From Eledone cirrhosa (taxonomy: Eukaryota): 64,000 nt of DNA. The translations under genes were made by a program, and so were the position numbers. Shown piece by piece: positions 25,301 through 41,900 of the stretch. Position 1 is the stretch's first letter. The number at the start of each line of letters is the position of its first letter. The notes below the pieces were generated by a model that was not told where the DNA came from, did not search any database, and was given only the letters and a program-made list of their open reading frames with translations. Where the stretch lies: the NCBI GenBank assembly GCA_964016885.1, contig OZ024757.1:1364001-1428000 (forward strand), read 5' to 3'.

Positions 25301-28300
25301 GTAGACATCACTTTCAGAAACTCCTGTCTCACCTCCACCACATGATATTGTACATCTGGCACCACCTATATGGTACACATTACTGTCAGAAACTCCTGTC
25401 TCACATCCTCCACATGATATTGTACATCTGGCACCACCTATATTGTAGACATTACTGTCAGAAACTCCTGTCTCACTTCCGCCACATGATATGGTACATC
25501 TGGCACCACCTATATTGTAGACAGTACTGTCAGAAACTCCTGTCTCACTTCCACCACATGATATTGTACATCTGGCACCACCTATATGGTACACATTACT
25601 GTCAGAAACTCCTGTCTCACCTCCACCACATGATATTGTACATCTGGCACCACCTATATGGTTAACATTACTGTCAGAAAATCCTGTCTCACCTCCACCA
25701 CATGATATCATACATCTGGCACCACCTATATGGTACACATTACTGTCACAAACTCCTGTCTCACCTCCACCACATGATATTGTACATCTGGCACCACCTA
25801 TATGGTACACATTATTGTCAGAAACTCCTGTCTCACCTCCACCACATGATATTGTACATCTGGTACCACCTATATGGTAGCCATTACTGTCAGAAACTCC
25901 TGTCTCACATTCTCCACATCTGGAACTAACTATATGTTACACATTACTATCAGAAACTCCTGTCTCACCTCCACCACATGATATTGTACATCTGGCACCA
26001 CCTATATGGTAGCCATTACTGTCAGAAACTCCTGTCTCACCTCCACCACATGATATTGTATATCTGGCACCACCTATATGGTAGACATCCCTGCCAGAAA
26101 CTCTTGTCTCACCTCCACCACATGTTATTGTACATCTGGCACCACCTATATGGTAGATATCACTGCCAGAAACTCCTGTCTCACCTCCACCACATGTTAT
26201 TGTACATCTGGCACCACCTATATGGTAGACATCACTGTCAGAAACTCCTGTCTCACCTCCACCACATGATATTGTACATTTGGCACCACCTATATGGTAG
26301 ACAGTACTGTCAGAAACTCCTGTCTCACCTCCACCACATGTTATTGTACATCTGGCACCACCTATATGGTACACATTACTGTCAGAAACTCCGTCTCACC
26401 TCCACCACATGATATTGTACATCTGGCACCACCTATATGGTACACATTACTGTCAGAAACTCCTGTCTCACCTCCACCACATGATATTGTACATTTGGCA
26501 CCACCTATATGGTAGCCATTAGTGTCAGAAACTCCTGTCTCACCTCCACCACATGATATTGTACATCTGGCACCACCTATATGGAGACATCACTGCCAGA
26601 AACTCCTGTCTCACCTCCACCACATGTTATTGTACATCTAGGACCACCTATATGGTAGACATCACTGCCAGAAACTCCTGTCTCACCTCCACCACATGTT
26701 ATTGTACATCTAGCATCACCTATATGGTAGACATCACTTTCAGAAACTCCTGTCTCACCTCCACCACATGATATTGTACATCTGGCACCACCTATATGGT
26801 ACACATTACTGTCAGAAACTCCTGTCTCACATCCTTCACATGATATTGTACATCTGGCACCACCTATATTGTAGACATTACTGTCAGAAACTCCTGTCTC
26901 ACTTCCGCCACATGATATTGTACATCTGGCACCACCTATATTGTAGACAGTACTGTCAGAAACTCCTGTCTCACTTCCACCACATGATATTTTACATCTG
27001 GCACCACCTATATGGTACACATTACTGTCAGAAACTCCTGTCTCACCTCCACCACATGTTATTGTACATCTGGCACCACCTATATAGTAGACATTCCTGT
27101 CTCACCTCCATCACATGTTATTGTACATCTGGCACCACCTATATGGTAGACATTACTGTCAGAAACTCCTGTCTCACCTCCACCACATGTTATTGTACAT
27201 CTGGCACCACCTATATGGAAGACACTCCTGTCAGAAACACCTGTCTCACTTCCTCAACATGATATTGTACATCTGGCACCACCTATATGGTAGACATTCC
27301 TGTCAGAAACTCCTATCTCCCCTCATCCACATGTTATTGTATATCTGGTACCACCTATATGGTAGACATCACTGTCAGAAACTCCGGTCTCACCTCCACT
27401 ACATGATATTGTACATCTGGCACCACCTATATGGTACACATTACTGTCAGAAACTCCTGTCTCACCTCCACCTCATGATATTGTACATCTGGCACCACCT
27501 ATATGGTTAACATTACTGTCAGAAAATCCTGTCTCACCTCCACCACATGATATCATACATCTGGCACCACCTATATGGTACACATTACTGTCACAAACTC
27601 CTGTCTCATCTCCACCACATGATATTGTACATCTGGCACCACCTATATGGTACACATTATTGTCAGAAACTCCTGTCTCACCTCCACCACATGATATTGT
27701 ACATCTGGTACCACCTATATGGTAGCCATTACTGTCAGAAACTCCTGTCTCACCTACTCCACATGATATTGTACATCTGGAACTACCTATATGTTAGACA
27801 TTACTATCAGAAACTCCTGTCTCACATCCACCACATGATATTGTACATCTGGCACCACCTATATGGTAGCCATTACTGTCAGAAACTCCTGTCTCACCTC
27901 CACCACATGATATTGTACATTTGGCACCACCTATATGGTAGCCATTAGTGTCAGAAACTCCTGTCTCACCTCCACCACATGATATTGTACATCTGGCACC
28001 ACCTATATGGAGACATCACTTCCAGAAACTCCTGTCTCACCTCCACCACATGTTATTGTACATCTAGGACCACCTATATGGTAGACATCACTGCCAGAAA
28101 CTCCTGTCTCACCTCCACCACATGTTATTGTACATCTAGCATCACCTATATGGTAGACATCACTTTCAGAAACTCCTGTCTCACCTCCACCACATGATAT
28201 TGTACAACTGGCACCACCTATATGGTACACATTACTGTCAGAAACTCCTGTCTCACATCCTCCACATGATATTGTACATCTGGCACCACCTATATTGTAG

Positions 28301-29915
28301 ACATTACTGTCAGAAACTCCTGTCTCACTTCCGCCACATGATATTGTACATCTGGCACCACCTATATTGTAGACAGTACTGTCAGAAACTCCTGTCTCAC
28401 TTCCACCACATGATATTTTACATCTGGCACCACCTATATGGTACACATTACTGTCAGAAACTCCTGTCTCACCTCCACCACATGTTATTGTACATCTGGC
28501 ACCACCTATATAGTAGACATTCCTGTCTCCCCTCCATCACATGTTATTGTACATCTGGCACCACCTATATGGAAGACATTCCTGTCAGAAACACCTGTCT
28601 CACTTCCTCAACATGATATTGTACATCTGGCACCACCTATATAGTAGACATTCCTGTCAGAAACTCCTGTCTCCCCTCCTCCACATGTTATTGTATATCT
28701 GGTACCACCTATATGGTAGACATCACTGTCAGAAACTCCGGTCTCACCTCCACCACATGATATTGTACATCTGGCACCACCTATATGGTACACATTATTG
28801 TCAGAAACTCCTGTCTCACCTCCACCACATGATATTGTACATCTGGTACCACCTATATGGTAGCCATTACTGTCAGAAACTCCTGTCTCACCTTCTCCAC
28901 ATGATATTGTACATCTGGAACTACCTATATGTTAGACATTACTATCAGAAACTCCTGTCTCACCTCCACCACATGATATTGTACATCTGGCACCACCTAT
29001 ATGGTAGCCATTACTGTCAGAAACTCCTGTCTCACCTCCACCACATGATATTGTATATCTGGCACCACCTATATGGTAGACATCCCTGCCAGAAACTCTT
29101 GTCTCACCTCCACCACATGTTATTGTACATCTGGCACCACCTATATGGTAGATATCACTGCCAGAAACTCCTGTCTCACCTCCACCACATGTTATTGTAC
29201 ATCTGGCACCACCTATATGGTAGACATCACTGTCAGAAACTCCTGTCTCACCTCCACCACATGATATTGTACATTTGGCACCACCTATATGGTAGACAGT
29301 ACTGTCAGAAACTCCTGTCTCACCTCCACCACATGTTATTCTACATCTGGCACCACCTATATGGTACACATTACTGTCAGAAACTCCGTCTCACCTCCAC
29401 CACATTATATTGTACATCTGGCACCACCATTTTTCTGGTACACATTACTGTCAGAAACTCCTGTCTCACCTCCACAACATGATATTGTACATTTGGCACC
29501 ACCTATATGGTAGCCATTAGTGTCAGAAACTCCTGTCTCACCTCCACCACATGATATTGTACATCTGGCACCACCTATATGGAGACATCACTGCCAGAAA
29601 CTCCTGTCTCACCTCCACCACATGTTATTGTACATCTAGGACCACCTATATGGTAGACATCACTGCCAGAAACTCCTGTCTCACCTCCACCACATGTTAT
29701 TGTACATCTGGCACCACCTATATGGTAGATATCACTGCCAGAAACTCCTGTCTCACCTCCACCACATGTTATTGTACATCTGGCACCACCTATATGGTAG
29801 ACATCACTGTCAGAAACTCCTGTCTCACCTCCACCACATGATATTGTACATTTGGCACCACCTATATGGTAGACAGTACTGTCAGAAACTCCTGTCTCAC
29901 CTCCACCACATGTTA
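19700..29915. repeat. 4998-bp (70-monomer) tandem duplication, two near-identical copies
   Basis: Offsets 20129/25127, 20939/25937, 22549/27547, 23543/28541 and 24291/29289 are all 4998. Sub-blocks sum as 1426+1426+1572+574. Confidence 0.92.
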
Positions 29916-32900
29916 TTCTACATCTGGCACCACCTATATGGTACACATTACTGTCAGAAACTCCGTCTCACCTCCACCACATTATATTGTACATCTGGCA
30001 CCACCATTTTTCTGGTACACATTACTGTCAGAAACTCCTGTCTCACCTCAACAACATGATATTGTACATTTGGCACCACCTATATGGTAGCCATTAGTGT
30101 CAGAAACTCCTGTCTCACCTCCACCACATGATATTGTACATCTGGCACCACCTATATGGAGACATCACTGCCAGAAACTCATGTCTCACCTCCACCACAT
30201 GTTATTGTACATCTAGGACCACCTATATGGTAGACATCACTGCCAGAAACTCCTGTCTCACCTCCACCACATGTTATTGTACATCTGGCACCACCTATAT
30301 GGTAGACATCACTGTCAGAAACTCTTGTCTCACCTCCACCACATGTTATTGTACATCTGGCACCACCTATATGGTAGACATCACTGTCAGAAACTCTTGT
30401 CTCACCTCCACCACATGTTATCGTACATCTGGCACCACCTATATGGTACACATTACTGCCAGAAACTCCTGTCTCACCTCCACCACATGATATTGTACAT
30501 CTGGCACCACCTATATGGTACACATTACTGTCAGAAACTCCTGTCTCACTTCCACCACATGATAGTGTACATCTGGCACCACCTATATGGTAGACATCAC
30601 TGTCAGAAACTCCTGTCTCACCTCCACCACATGATATTGTACATCTGGCACCAAATATATGGTAGACAGTACTGTCAGAAACTCCTGTCTCACATCCACC
30701 ACATATATTGTATATCTGGCGCCACCTATATGGTAGACATTACTGTCAGAAACTCCTGTCTCACCTCCTCCACATGATATTGTACATCTGGCACCACCTA
30801 TATGGTAGACATTACTGTCAGAAACTCCTGTCTCACCTCCACCACATGATATTCTACATCTGGCACCACCTATATGGTACACATTACTGTCAGAACCTCT
30901 TGTCTCACCTCCACCACATGATATTGTACATCTGGCACCACCTATATAGTAGACATTACTGTCAGAAACTCCTGTCTCACCTCCACCACATGATATTGAA
31001 CATCTGGCACCACCTAGATGGTAGACATCACTGCCAGAAATTCCTGTCTCACCTCCACCTCATGTTATTGTACATCTGGCACCACCTATATGGTAGACAT
31101 CACTGCCAGAAACTCCTGTCTCACCTCCACCACATGTTATTGTACATCTGGCACCACCTATATGGTAGACATCACTGTCAGAAACTCCTGTCTCACCTCC
31201 ACCACATGATATTGTACATCTGGCACCACCTATATTGTAGCCATGACTGTCAGAAACTCCTGTCTCACCTCCACCACATGATATTGTACATCTGGCACCA
31301 CCTATATAGTAGACATTACTGTCAGAAACTCCTGTCTCACCTCCACCACATGATATTGTACATCTGGCACCAGCTAGATGGTAGACATCACTGCCAGAAA
31401 CTCCTGTATCACCTCCACCACATGTTATTGTACATGTGGCACCACCTATATGGTAGACATCACTGCCAGAAACTCCTGTCTCACCTCCACCACATGTTAT
31501 TGTACATCTGGCACCACCTATATGGTAGACATCACTTCCAGAAACTCCTGTCTCACCTCCACCACATGATATTGTACATCTAGCACCACCTATATGGTAG
31601 ACATCACTGTCAGAAACTCCTGTCTCACCTCCACCACATGATATTGTACATCTGGCACCACCTATATGGTACACATTACTGTCAGAAACTCCTGTCTCAC
31701 ATCCTCCACATGATATTGTACATCTGGCACCACCTATATTGTAGACATTACTCTCAGAAACTCCTGTCTCACTTCCACCACATGATATTGTACATCTGGC
31801 ACCACCTATATTGTAGACATTACTGTCAGAAACTCCTGTCTCACCTCCACCACATGATATTGTACATCTGGCACCACCTATATTGTAGACATTACTGTCA
31901 GAAACTCCTGTCTCACCTCCACCACATGATATTGTACATCTGGCACCACGTATATTGTAGACAGGACTGTCAGAAACTCCTGTCTCACCTCCACCACATG
32001 TTATTGTACATCTGGCACCACCTATATAGTAGACATTCCTGTCTCTCCTCCATCACATGTTATTGTACATCTGGCACCACCTATATGGTAGACATTACTG
32101 TCAGAAACTCCTGTCTCACCTCCACCACATGTTATTGTACATCTGGCACCACCTATATGGTACACATTACTGCCAGAAACTCCTGTCTCACCTCCACCAC
32201 ATGATATTGTACATCTGGCACCACCTATATGGAAGACATTCCTGTCAGAAACTCCTGTCTCACTTCCTCAACATGATATTGTACATCTGGCACCACCTAT
32301 ATGGTAGACATTCCTGTCAGAAACTCCTGTCTCCCCTCCACCACATGTTATTGTATATCTGGCACCATCTATATGGTAGACATCACTGTCAGAAACTCCT
32401 GTCTCACCTCCACCACATGATATTGTACATCTGGCACCACCTATATGGTACACATTACTGTCAGAAACTCCTGTCTCACTTTCACCACATGATATTGTAC
32501 ATCTGGCACCACCTATATGGTAGACATTACTGTCAGAAACTCCTGTCTCACCTCCACCACATGATATTGTACATCTGGCACCACCTATATGGTTAACATT
32601 ACTGTCAGAAAATCCTGTCTCACCTCCACCACATGATATCATACATCCGGCACCACCTATATGGTACACATTACTGTCAGAAACTCCTGTCTCACCTCCA
32701 CCACATGATATTGTACATCTGGCACCACCTATATGGTACACATTATTGTCAGAAACTCCTGTCTCACCTCCACCACATGATTTTGTACCACTGGTACCAC
32801 CTATATGGTAGCCATTACTGTCAGAAACTCCTGTCTCACCTTCTCCACATGATATTGTACATCTGGAACTACCTATATGGAGGACATCCCTGCCAGAAAC

Positions 32901-35900
32901 TCCTGTCAATCCTCCACCACATGTTATGGTACATCTGGCACCACCTATATGGTAGACATCACTGCCAGAAACTCCTGTCTCACCTCCACCACATGTTATT
33001 GTACATCTAGCAACACCTATATGGTAGACATTACTGTCAGAACCTCTTGTCTCACCTCCACCGCATGTTATTGTACATCTGGCACCACCTATATGGTACA
33101 CATTACTGTCAGAAACTCCTGTCTCACCTCCTCCACATGATATTGTACATCTGGCACCACCTATACGGTACACATTACTGTCAGAAACTCCTGTCTCACC
33201 TCCACCACATGTTATTGCACATCTGGCACCACCTATATGGTAGACATTCCTGTCTCCCATCCACCACATGTTATCGTACATCTGGCACCACCTATATGGT
33301 AGACATTCCTCTCAGAAACTCCTGTCTCACCTCCTCCACAACATGATATTGTACATCTGGCACCACCTATATGGTAGACATTCCTGTCAGAAACTCCTGT
33401 CTCACCTCCTCCACATGATATTGTACATCTGGCACCACCTATATGGTAGACATTCCTGTCAGAAACTCCTGTCTCACCTCCACCACATGTTATTGTACAT
33501 CTGGCACCACCTATATGGTACACATTCCTGTCAGAAACTCCTGTCTCACCTCCACCACATGTTATTGTACATCTGGCACCACCTATATGGTACACATTCC
33601 TGTCAGAAACTCCTGTCTCACCTCCACCACATGTTATTGTACATCTGGCACCACCTATATGGTAGACATCACTGTCAGAAACTCCTGTCTCGCCTCCACC
33701 ACATGATATTGTACATTTAGCATCACCTATATGGTAGACATCACTTTCAGAAACTCCTGTCTCACATCCACCACATGATATTGTACATCTGGCACCACCT
33801 ATATGGTACACATTACTGTCAGAAACTCCTGTCTCACATCCTCCACATGATATTGTACATCTGGCACCACCTATATTGTAGACATTACTGTCAGAAACTC
33901 CTGTCTCACTTCCGCCACATGATATGGTACATCTGGCACCAACTATATTGTAGACAGTTCTGTCAGAAACTCCTGTCTCACTTCCACCACATGATATTGT
34001 ACATCTGGCACCACCTATATGGTACACATTACTGTCAGAAACTCCTGTCTCACCTCCACCACATGTTATTGTACATCTGGCACCACCTATATGGTACACA
34101 TTACTGTCAGAAACTCCTGTCTCACCTCCACCACATGATATTGTACATTTGGCACCACCTATATGGTAGCCATTAGTGTCAGAAACTCCTGTCTCACCTC
34201 CACCACATGATATTGTACATCTGGCACCACCTATATGGAGACATCACTGCCAGAAACTCCTGTCTCACCTCCACCACATGTTATTGTACATCTAGGACCA
34301 CCTATATGGTAGACATCACTGCCAGAAACTCCTGTCTCACCTCCACCACATGTTATTGTACATCTAGCATCACCTATATGGTAGACATCACTTTCAGAAA
34401 CTCCTGTCTCACCTCCACCACATGATATTGTACATCTGGCACCACCTATATGGTACACATTACTGTCAGAAATTCCTGTCTCACCTCCACCACATGATAT
34501 TGTACATCTGGCACCACCTATATTGTAGACATTACTGTCAGAAACTCCTGTCTCACTTCCGCCACATGATATTGTACATCTGGCACCACCTATATTGTAG
34601 ACAGTACTGTCAGAAACTCCTGTCTCACTTCCACCACATGATATTTTACATCTGGCACCACCTATATGGTACACATTACTGTCAGAAACTCCTGTCTCAC
34701 CTCCACCACATGTTATTGTACATCTGGCACCACCTATATAGTAGACATTCCTGTCTCACCTCCATCACATGTTATTGTACATCTGGCACCACCTATATGG
34801 TAGACATTACTGTCAGAAACTCCTGTCTCACCTCCACCACATGTTATTGTACATCTGGCACCACCTATATGGAAGACACTCCTGTCAGAAACACCTGTCT
34901 CACTTCCTCAACATGATATTGTACATCTGGCACCACCTATATGGTAGACATTCCTGTCAGAAACTCCTATCTCCCCTCCTCCACATGTTATTGTATATCT
35001 GGTACCACCTATATGGTAGACATCACTGTCAGAAACTCCGGTCTCACCTCCACTACATGATATTGTACATCTGGCACCACCTATATGGTACACATTACTG
35101 TCAGAAACTCCTGTCTCACCTCCACCTCATGATATTGTACATCTGGCACCACCTATATGGTTAACATTACTGTCAGAAAATCCTGTCTCACCTCCACCAC
35201 ATGATATCATACATCTGGCACCACCTATATGGTACACATTACTGTCAGAAACTCCTGTCTCATCTCCACCACATGATATTGTACATCTGGCACCACCTAT
35301 ATGGTAGCCATTACTGTCAGAAACTCCTGTCTCACCTTCTCCACATGATATTGTACATCTGGAACTACCTATATGTTAGACATTACTATCAGAAACTCCT
35401 GTCTCACCTCCACCACATGATATTGTACATCTGGCACCACCTATATGGTAGCCATTACTGTCAGAAACTCCTGTCTCACCTCCACCACATGATATTGTAC
35501 ATTTGGCACCACCTATATGGTAGCCATTAGTGTCAGAAACTCCTGTCTCACCTCCACCACATGATATTGTACATCTGGCACCACCTATATGGAGACATCA
35601 CTGCCAGAAACTCCTGTCTCACCTCCACCACATGTTATTGTACATCTAGGACCACCTATATGGTAGACATCACTGCCAGAAACTCCTGTCTCACCTCCAC
35701 CACATGTTATTGTACATCTAGCATCACCTATATGGTAGACATCACTTTCAGAAACTCCTGTCTCACCTCCACCACATGATATTGTACATCTGGCACCACC
35801 TATATGGTACACATTACTGTCAGAAACTCCTGTCTCACATCCTCCACATGATATTGTACATCTGGCACCACCTATATTGTAGACATTACTGTCATAAACT

Positions 35901-38900
35901 CCTGTCTCACTTCCGCCACATGATATTGTACATCTGGCACCACCTATATTGTAGACAGTACTGTCAGAAACTCCTGTCTCACTTCCACCACATGATATTT
36001 TACATCTGGCACCACCTATATGGTACACATTACTGTCAGAAACTCCTGTCTCACCTCCACCACATATTATTGTACATCTGGCACCACCTATATAGTAGAC
36101 ATTCCTGTCTCCCCTCCATCACATGTTATTGTACATCTGGCACCACCTATATGGTAGACATTACTGTCAGAAACTCCTGTCTCACCTCCACCACATGTTA
36201 TTGTACATCTGGCACCACCTATATGGAAGACATTCCTGTCAGAAACACCTGTCTCACTTCCTCAACATGATATTGTACATCTGGCACCACCTATATGGTA
36301 GACATTCCTGTCAGAAACTCCTGTCTCCCCTCCTCCACATGTTATTGTATATCTGGTACCACCTATATGGTAGACATCACTGTCAGAAACTCTGGTCTCA
36401 CCTCCACTACATGATATTGTACATCTGGCACCACCTATATGGTACACATTACTGTCAGAAACTCCTGTCTCACCTCCACCTCATGATATTGTACATCTGG
36501 CACCACCTATATGGTTAACATTACTGTCAGAAAATCCTGTCTCACCTCCACCACATGATATCATACATCTGGCACCACCTATATGGTACACATTACTGTC
36601 ACAAACTCCTGTCTCATCTCCACCACATGATATTGTACATCTGGTACCACCTATATGGTACACATTATTGTCAGAAACTCCTGTCTCACCTCCACCACAT
36701 GATATTGTACATCTGGTACCACCTATATGGTAGCCATTACTGTCAGAAACTCCTGTCTCACCTTCTCCACATGATATTGTACATCTGGAACTACCTATAT
36801 GTTAGACATTACTATCAGAAACTCCTGTCTCACCTCCACCACATGATATTGTACATCTGGCACCACCTATATGGTAGCCATTACTGTCAGAAACTCCTGT
36901 CTCACCTCCACCACATGATATTGTATATCTGGCACCACCTATATGGTAGACATCCCTGCCAGAAACTCTTGTCTCACCTCCACCACATGTTATCGTACAT
37001 CTGGCACCACCTATATGGTAGATATCACTGCCAGAAACTCCTGTCTCACCTCCACCACATGTTATTGTACATCTGGCACCACCTATATGGTAGACATCAC
37101 TGTCAGAAACTCTTGTCTCACCTCCACCACATGATATTGTACATTTGGCACCACCTATATGGTAGACAGTACTGTCAGAAACTCCTGTCTCACCTCCACC
37201 ACATGTTATTCTACATCTGGCACCACCTATATGGTACACATTACTGTCAGAAACTCCTGTCTCACTTCCGCCACATGATATTGTACATCTGGCACCACCT
37301 ATATTGTAGACAGTACTGTCAGAAACTCCTGTCTCACTTCCACCACATGATATTTTACATCTGGCACCACCTATATGGTACACATTACTGTCAGAAACTC
37401 CTGTCTCACCTCCACCACATGTTATTGTACATCTGGCACCACCTATATAGTAGACATTCCTGTCTCACCTCCATCACATGTTATTGTACATCTGGCACCA
37501 CCTATATGGTAGACATTACTGTCAGAAACTCCTGTCTCACCTCCACCACATGTTATTGTACATCTGGCACCACCTATATGGAAGACACTCCTGTCAGAAA
37601 CACCTGTCTCACTTCCTCAACATGATATTGTACATCTGGCACCACCTATATGGTAGACATTCCTGTCAGAAACTCCTATCTCCCCTCATCCACATGTTAT
37701 TGTATATCTGGTACCACCTATATGGTAGACATCACTGTCAGAAACTCCGGTCTCACCTCCACTACATGATATTGTACATCTGGCACCACCTATATGGTAC
37801 ACATTACTGTCAGAAACTCCTGTCTCACCTCCACCTCATGATATTGTACATCTGGCACCACCTATATGGTTAACATTACTGTCAGAAAATCCTGTCTCAC
37901 CTCCACCACATGATATCATACATCTGGCACCACCTATATGGTACACATTACTGTCACAAACTCCTGTCTCATCTCCACCACATGATATTGTACATCTGGC
38001 ACCACCTATATGGTACACATTATTGTCAGAAACTCCTGTCTCACCTCCACCACATGATATTGTACTTCTGGTACCACCTATATGGTAGCCATTACTGTCA
38101 GAAACTCCTGTCTCACCTACTCCACATGATATTGTACATCTGGAACTACCTATATGTTAGACATTACTATCAGAAACTCCTGTCTCACATCCACCACATG
38201 ATATTGTACATCTGGCACCACCTATATGGTAGCCATTACTGTCAGAAACTCCTGTCTCACCTCCACCACATGATATTGTACATTTGGCACCACCTATATG
38301 GTAGCCATTAGTGTCAGAAACTCCTGTCTCACCTCCACCACATGATATTGTACATCTGGCACCACCTATATGGAGACATCACTGCCAGAAACTCCTGTCT
38401 CACCTCCACCACATGTTATTGTACATCTAGGACCACCTATATGGTAGACATCACTGCCAGAAACTCCTGTCTCACCTCCACCACATGTTATTGTACATCT
38501 AGCATCACCTATATGGTAGACATCACTTTCAGAAACTCCTGTCTCACCTCCACCACATGATATTGTACATCTGGCACCACCTATATGGTACACATTACTG
38601 TCAGAAATTCCTGTCTCACCTCCACCACATGATATTGTACATCTGGCACCACCTATATTGTAGACATTACTGTCAGAAACTCCTGTCTCACTTCCGCCAC
38701 ATGATATTGTACATCTGGCACCACCTATATTGTAGACAGTACTGTCAGAAACTCCTGTCTCACTTCCACCACATGATATTTTACATCTGGCACCACCTAT
38801 ATGGTACACATTACTGTCAGAAACTCCTGTCTCACCTCCACCACATGTTATTGTACATCTGGCACCACCTATATAGTAGACATTCCTGTCTCACCTCCAT

Positions 38901-41900
38901 CACATGTTATTGTACATCTGGCACCACCTATATGGTAGACATTACTGTCAGAAACTCCTGTCTCACCTCCACCACATGTTATTGTACATCTGGCACCACC
39001 TATATGGAAGACACTCCTGTCAGAAACACCTGTCTCACTTCCTCAACATGATATTGTACATCTGGCACCACCTATATGGTAGACATTCCTGTCAGAAACT
39101 CCTATCTCCCCTCCTCCACATGTTATTGTATATCTGGTACCACCTATATGGTAGACATCACTGTCAGAAACTCCGGTCTCACCTCCACTACATGATATTG
39201 TACATCTGGCACCACCTATATGGTACACATTACTGTCAGAAACTCCTGTCTCACCTCCACCTCATGATATTGTACATCTGGCACCACCTATATGGTTAAC
39301 ATTACTGTCAGAAAATCCTGTCTCACCTCCACCACATGATATCATACATCTGGCACCACCTATATGGTACACATTACTGTCAGAAACTCCTGTCTCATCT
39401 CCACCACATGATATTGTACATCTGGCACCACCTATATGGTAGCCATTACTGTCAGAAACTCCTGTCTCACCTTCTCCACATGATATTGTACATCTGGAAC
39501 TACCTATATGTTAGACATTACTATCAGAAACTCCTGTCTCACCTCCACCACATGATATTGTACATCTGGCACCACCTATATGGTAGCCATTACTGTCAGA
39601 AACTCCTGTCTCACCTCCACCACATGATATTGTAAATTTGGCACCACCTATATGGTAGCCATTAGTGTCAGAAACTCCTGTCTCACCTCCACCACATGAT
39701 ATTGTACATCTGGCACCACCTATATGGAGACATCACTGCCAGAAACTCCTGTCTCACCTCCACCACATGTTATTGTACATCTAGGACCACCTATATGGTA
39801 GACATCACTGCCAGAAACTCCTGTCTCACCTCCACCACATGTTATTGTACATCTAGCATCACCTATATGGTAGACATCACTTTCAGAAACTCCTGTCTCA
39901 CCTCCACCACATGATATTGTACATCTGGCACCACCTATATGGTACACATTACTGTCAGAAACTCCTGTCTCACATCCTCCACATGATATTGTACATCTGG
40001 CACCACCTATATTGTAGACATTACTGTCATAAACTCCTGTCTCACTTCCGCCACATGATATTGTACATCTGGCACCACCTATATTGTAGACAGTACTGTC
40101 AGAAACTCCTGTCTCACTTCCACCACATGATATTTTACATCTGGCACCACCTATATGGTACACATTACTGTCAGAAACTCCTGTCTCACCTCCACCACAT
40201 ATTATTGTACATCTGGCACCACCTATATAGTAGACATTCCTGTCTCCCCTCCATCACATGTTATTGTACATCTGGCACCACCTATATGGTAGACATTACT
40301 GTCAGAAACTCCTGTCTCACCTCCACCACATGTTATTGTACATCTGGCACCACCTATATGGAAGACATTCCTGTCAGAAACACCTGTCTCACTTCCTCAA
40401 CATGATATTGTACATCTGGCACCACCTATATGGTAGACATTCCTGTCAGAAACTCCTGTCTCCCCTCCTCCACATGTTATTGTATATCTGGTACCACCTA
40501 TATGGTAGACATCACTGTCAGAAACTCTGGTCTCACCTCCACTACATGATATTGTACATCTGGCACCACCTATATGGTACACATTACTGTCAGAAACTCC
40601 TGTCTCACCTCCACCTCATGATATTGTACATCTGGCACCACCTATATGGTTAACATTACTGTCAGAAAATCCTGTCTCACCTCCACCACATGATATCATA
40701 CATCTGGCACCACCTATATGGTACACATTACTGTCACAAACTCCTGTCTCATCTCCACCACATGATATTGTACATCTGGTACCACCTATATGGTACACAT
40801 TATTGTCAGAAACTCCTGTCTCACCTCCACCACATGATATTGTACATCTGGTACCACCTATATGGTAGCCATTACTGTCAGAAACTCCTGTCTCACCTTC
40901 TCCACATGATATTGTACATCTGGAACTACCTATATGTTAGACATTACTATCAGAAACTCCTGTCTCACCTCCACCACATGATATTGTACATCTGGCACCA
41001 CCTATATGGTAGCCATTACTGTCAGAAACTCCTGTCTCACCTCCACCACATGATATTGTATATCTGGCACCACCTATATGGTAGACATCCCTGCCAGAAA
41101 CTCTTGTCTCACCTCCACCACATGTTATCGTACATCTGGCACCACCTATATGGTAGATATCACTGCCAGAAACTCCTGTCTCACCTCCACCACATGTTAT
41201 TGTACATCTGGCACCACCTATATGGTAGACATCACTGTCAGAAACTCTTGTCTCACCTCCACCACATGATATTGTACATTTGGCACCACCTATATGGTAG
41301 ACAGTACTGTCAGAAACTCCTGTCTCACCTCCACCACATGTTATTCTACATCTGGCACCACCTATATGGTACACATTACTGTCAGAAACTCCTGTCTCAC
41401 TTCCGCCACATGATATTGTACATCTGGCACCACCTATATTGTAGACAGTACTGTCAGAAACTCCTGTCTCACTTCCACCACATGATATTTTACATCTGGC
41501 ACCACCTATATGGTACACATTACTGTCAGAAACTCCTGTCTCACCTCCACCACATGTTATTGTACATCTGGCACCACCTATATAGTAGACATTCCTGTCT
41601 CACCTCCATCACATGTTATTGTACATCTGGCACCACCTATATGGTAGACATTACTGTCAGAAACTCCTGTCTCACCTCCACCACATGTTATTGTACATCT
41701 GGCACCACCTATATGGAAGACACTCCTGTCAGAAACACCTGTCTCACTTCCTCAACATGATATTGTACATCTGGCACCACCTATATGGTAGTCATTCCTG
41801 TCAGAAACTCCTATCTCCCCTCATCCACATGTTATTGTATATCTGGTACCACCTATATGGTAGACATCACTGTCAGAAACTCCGGTCTCACCTCCACTAC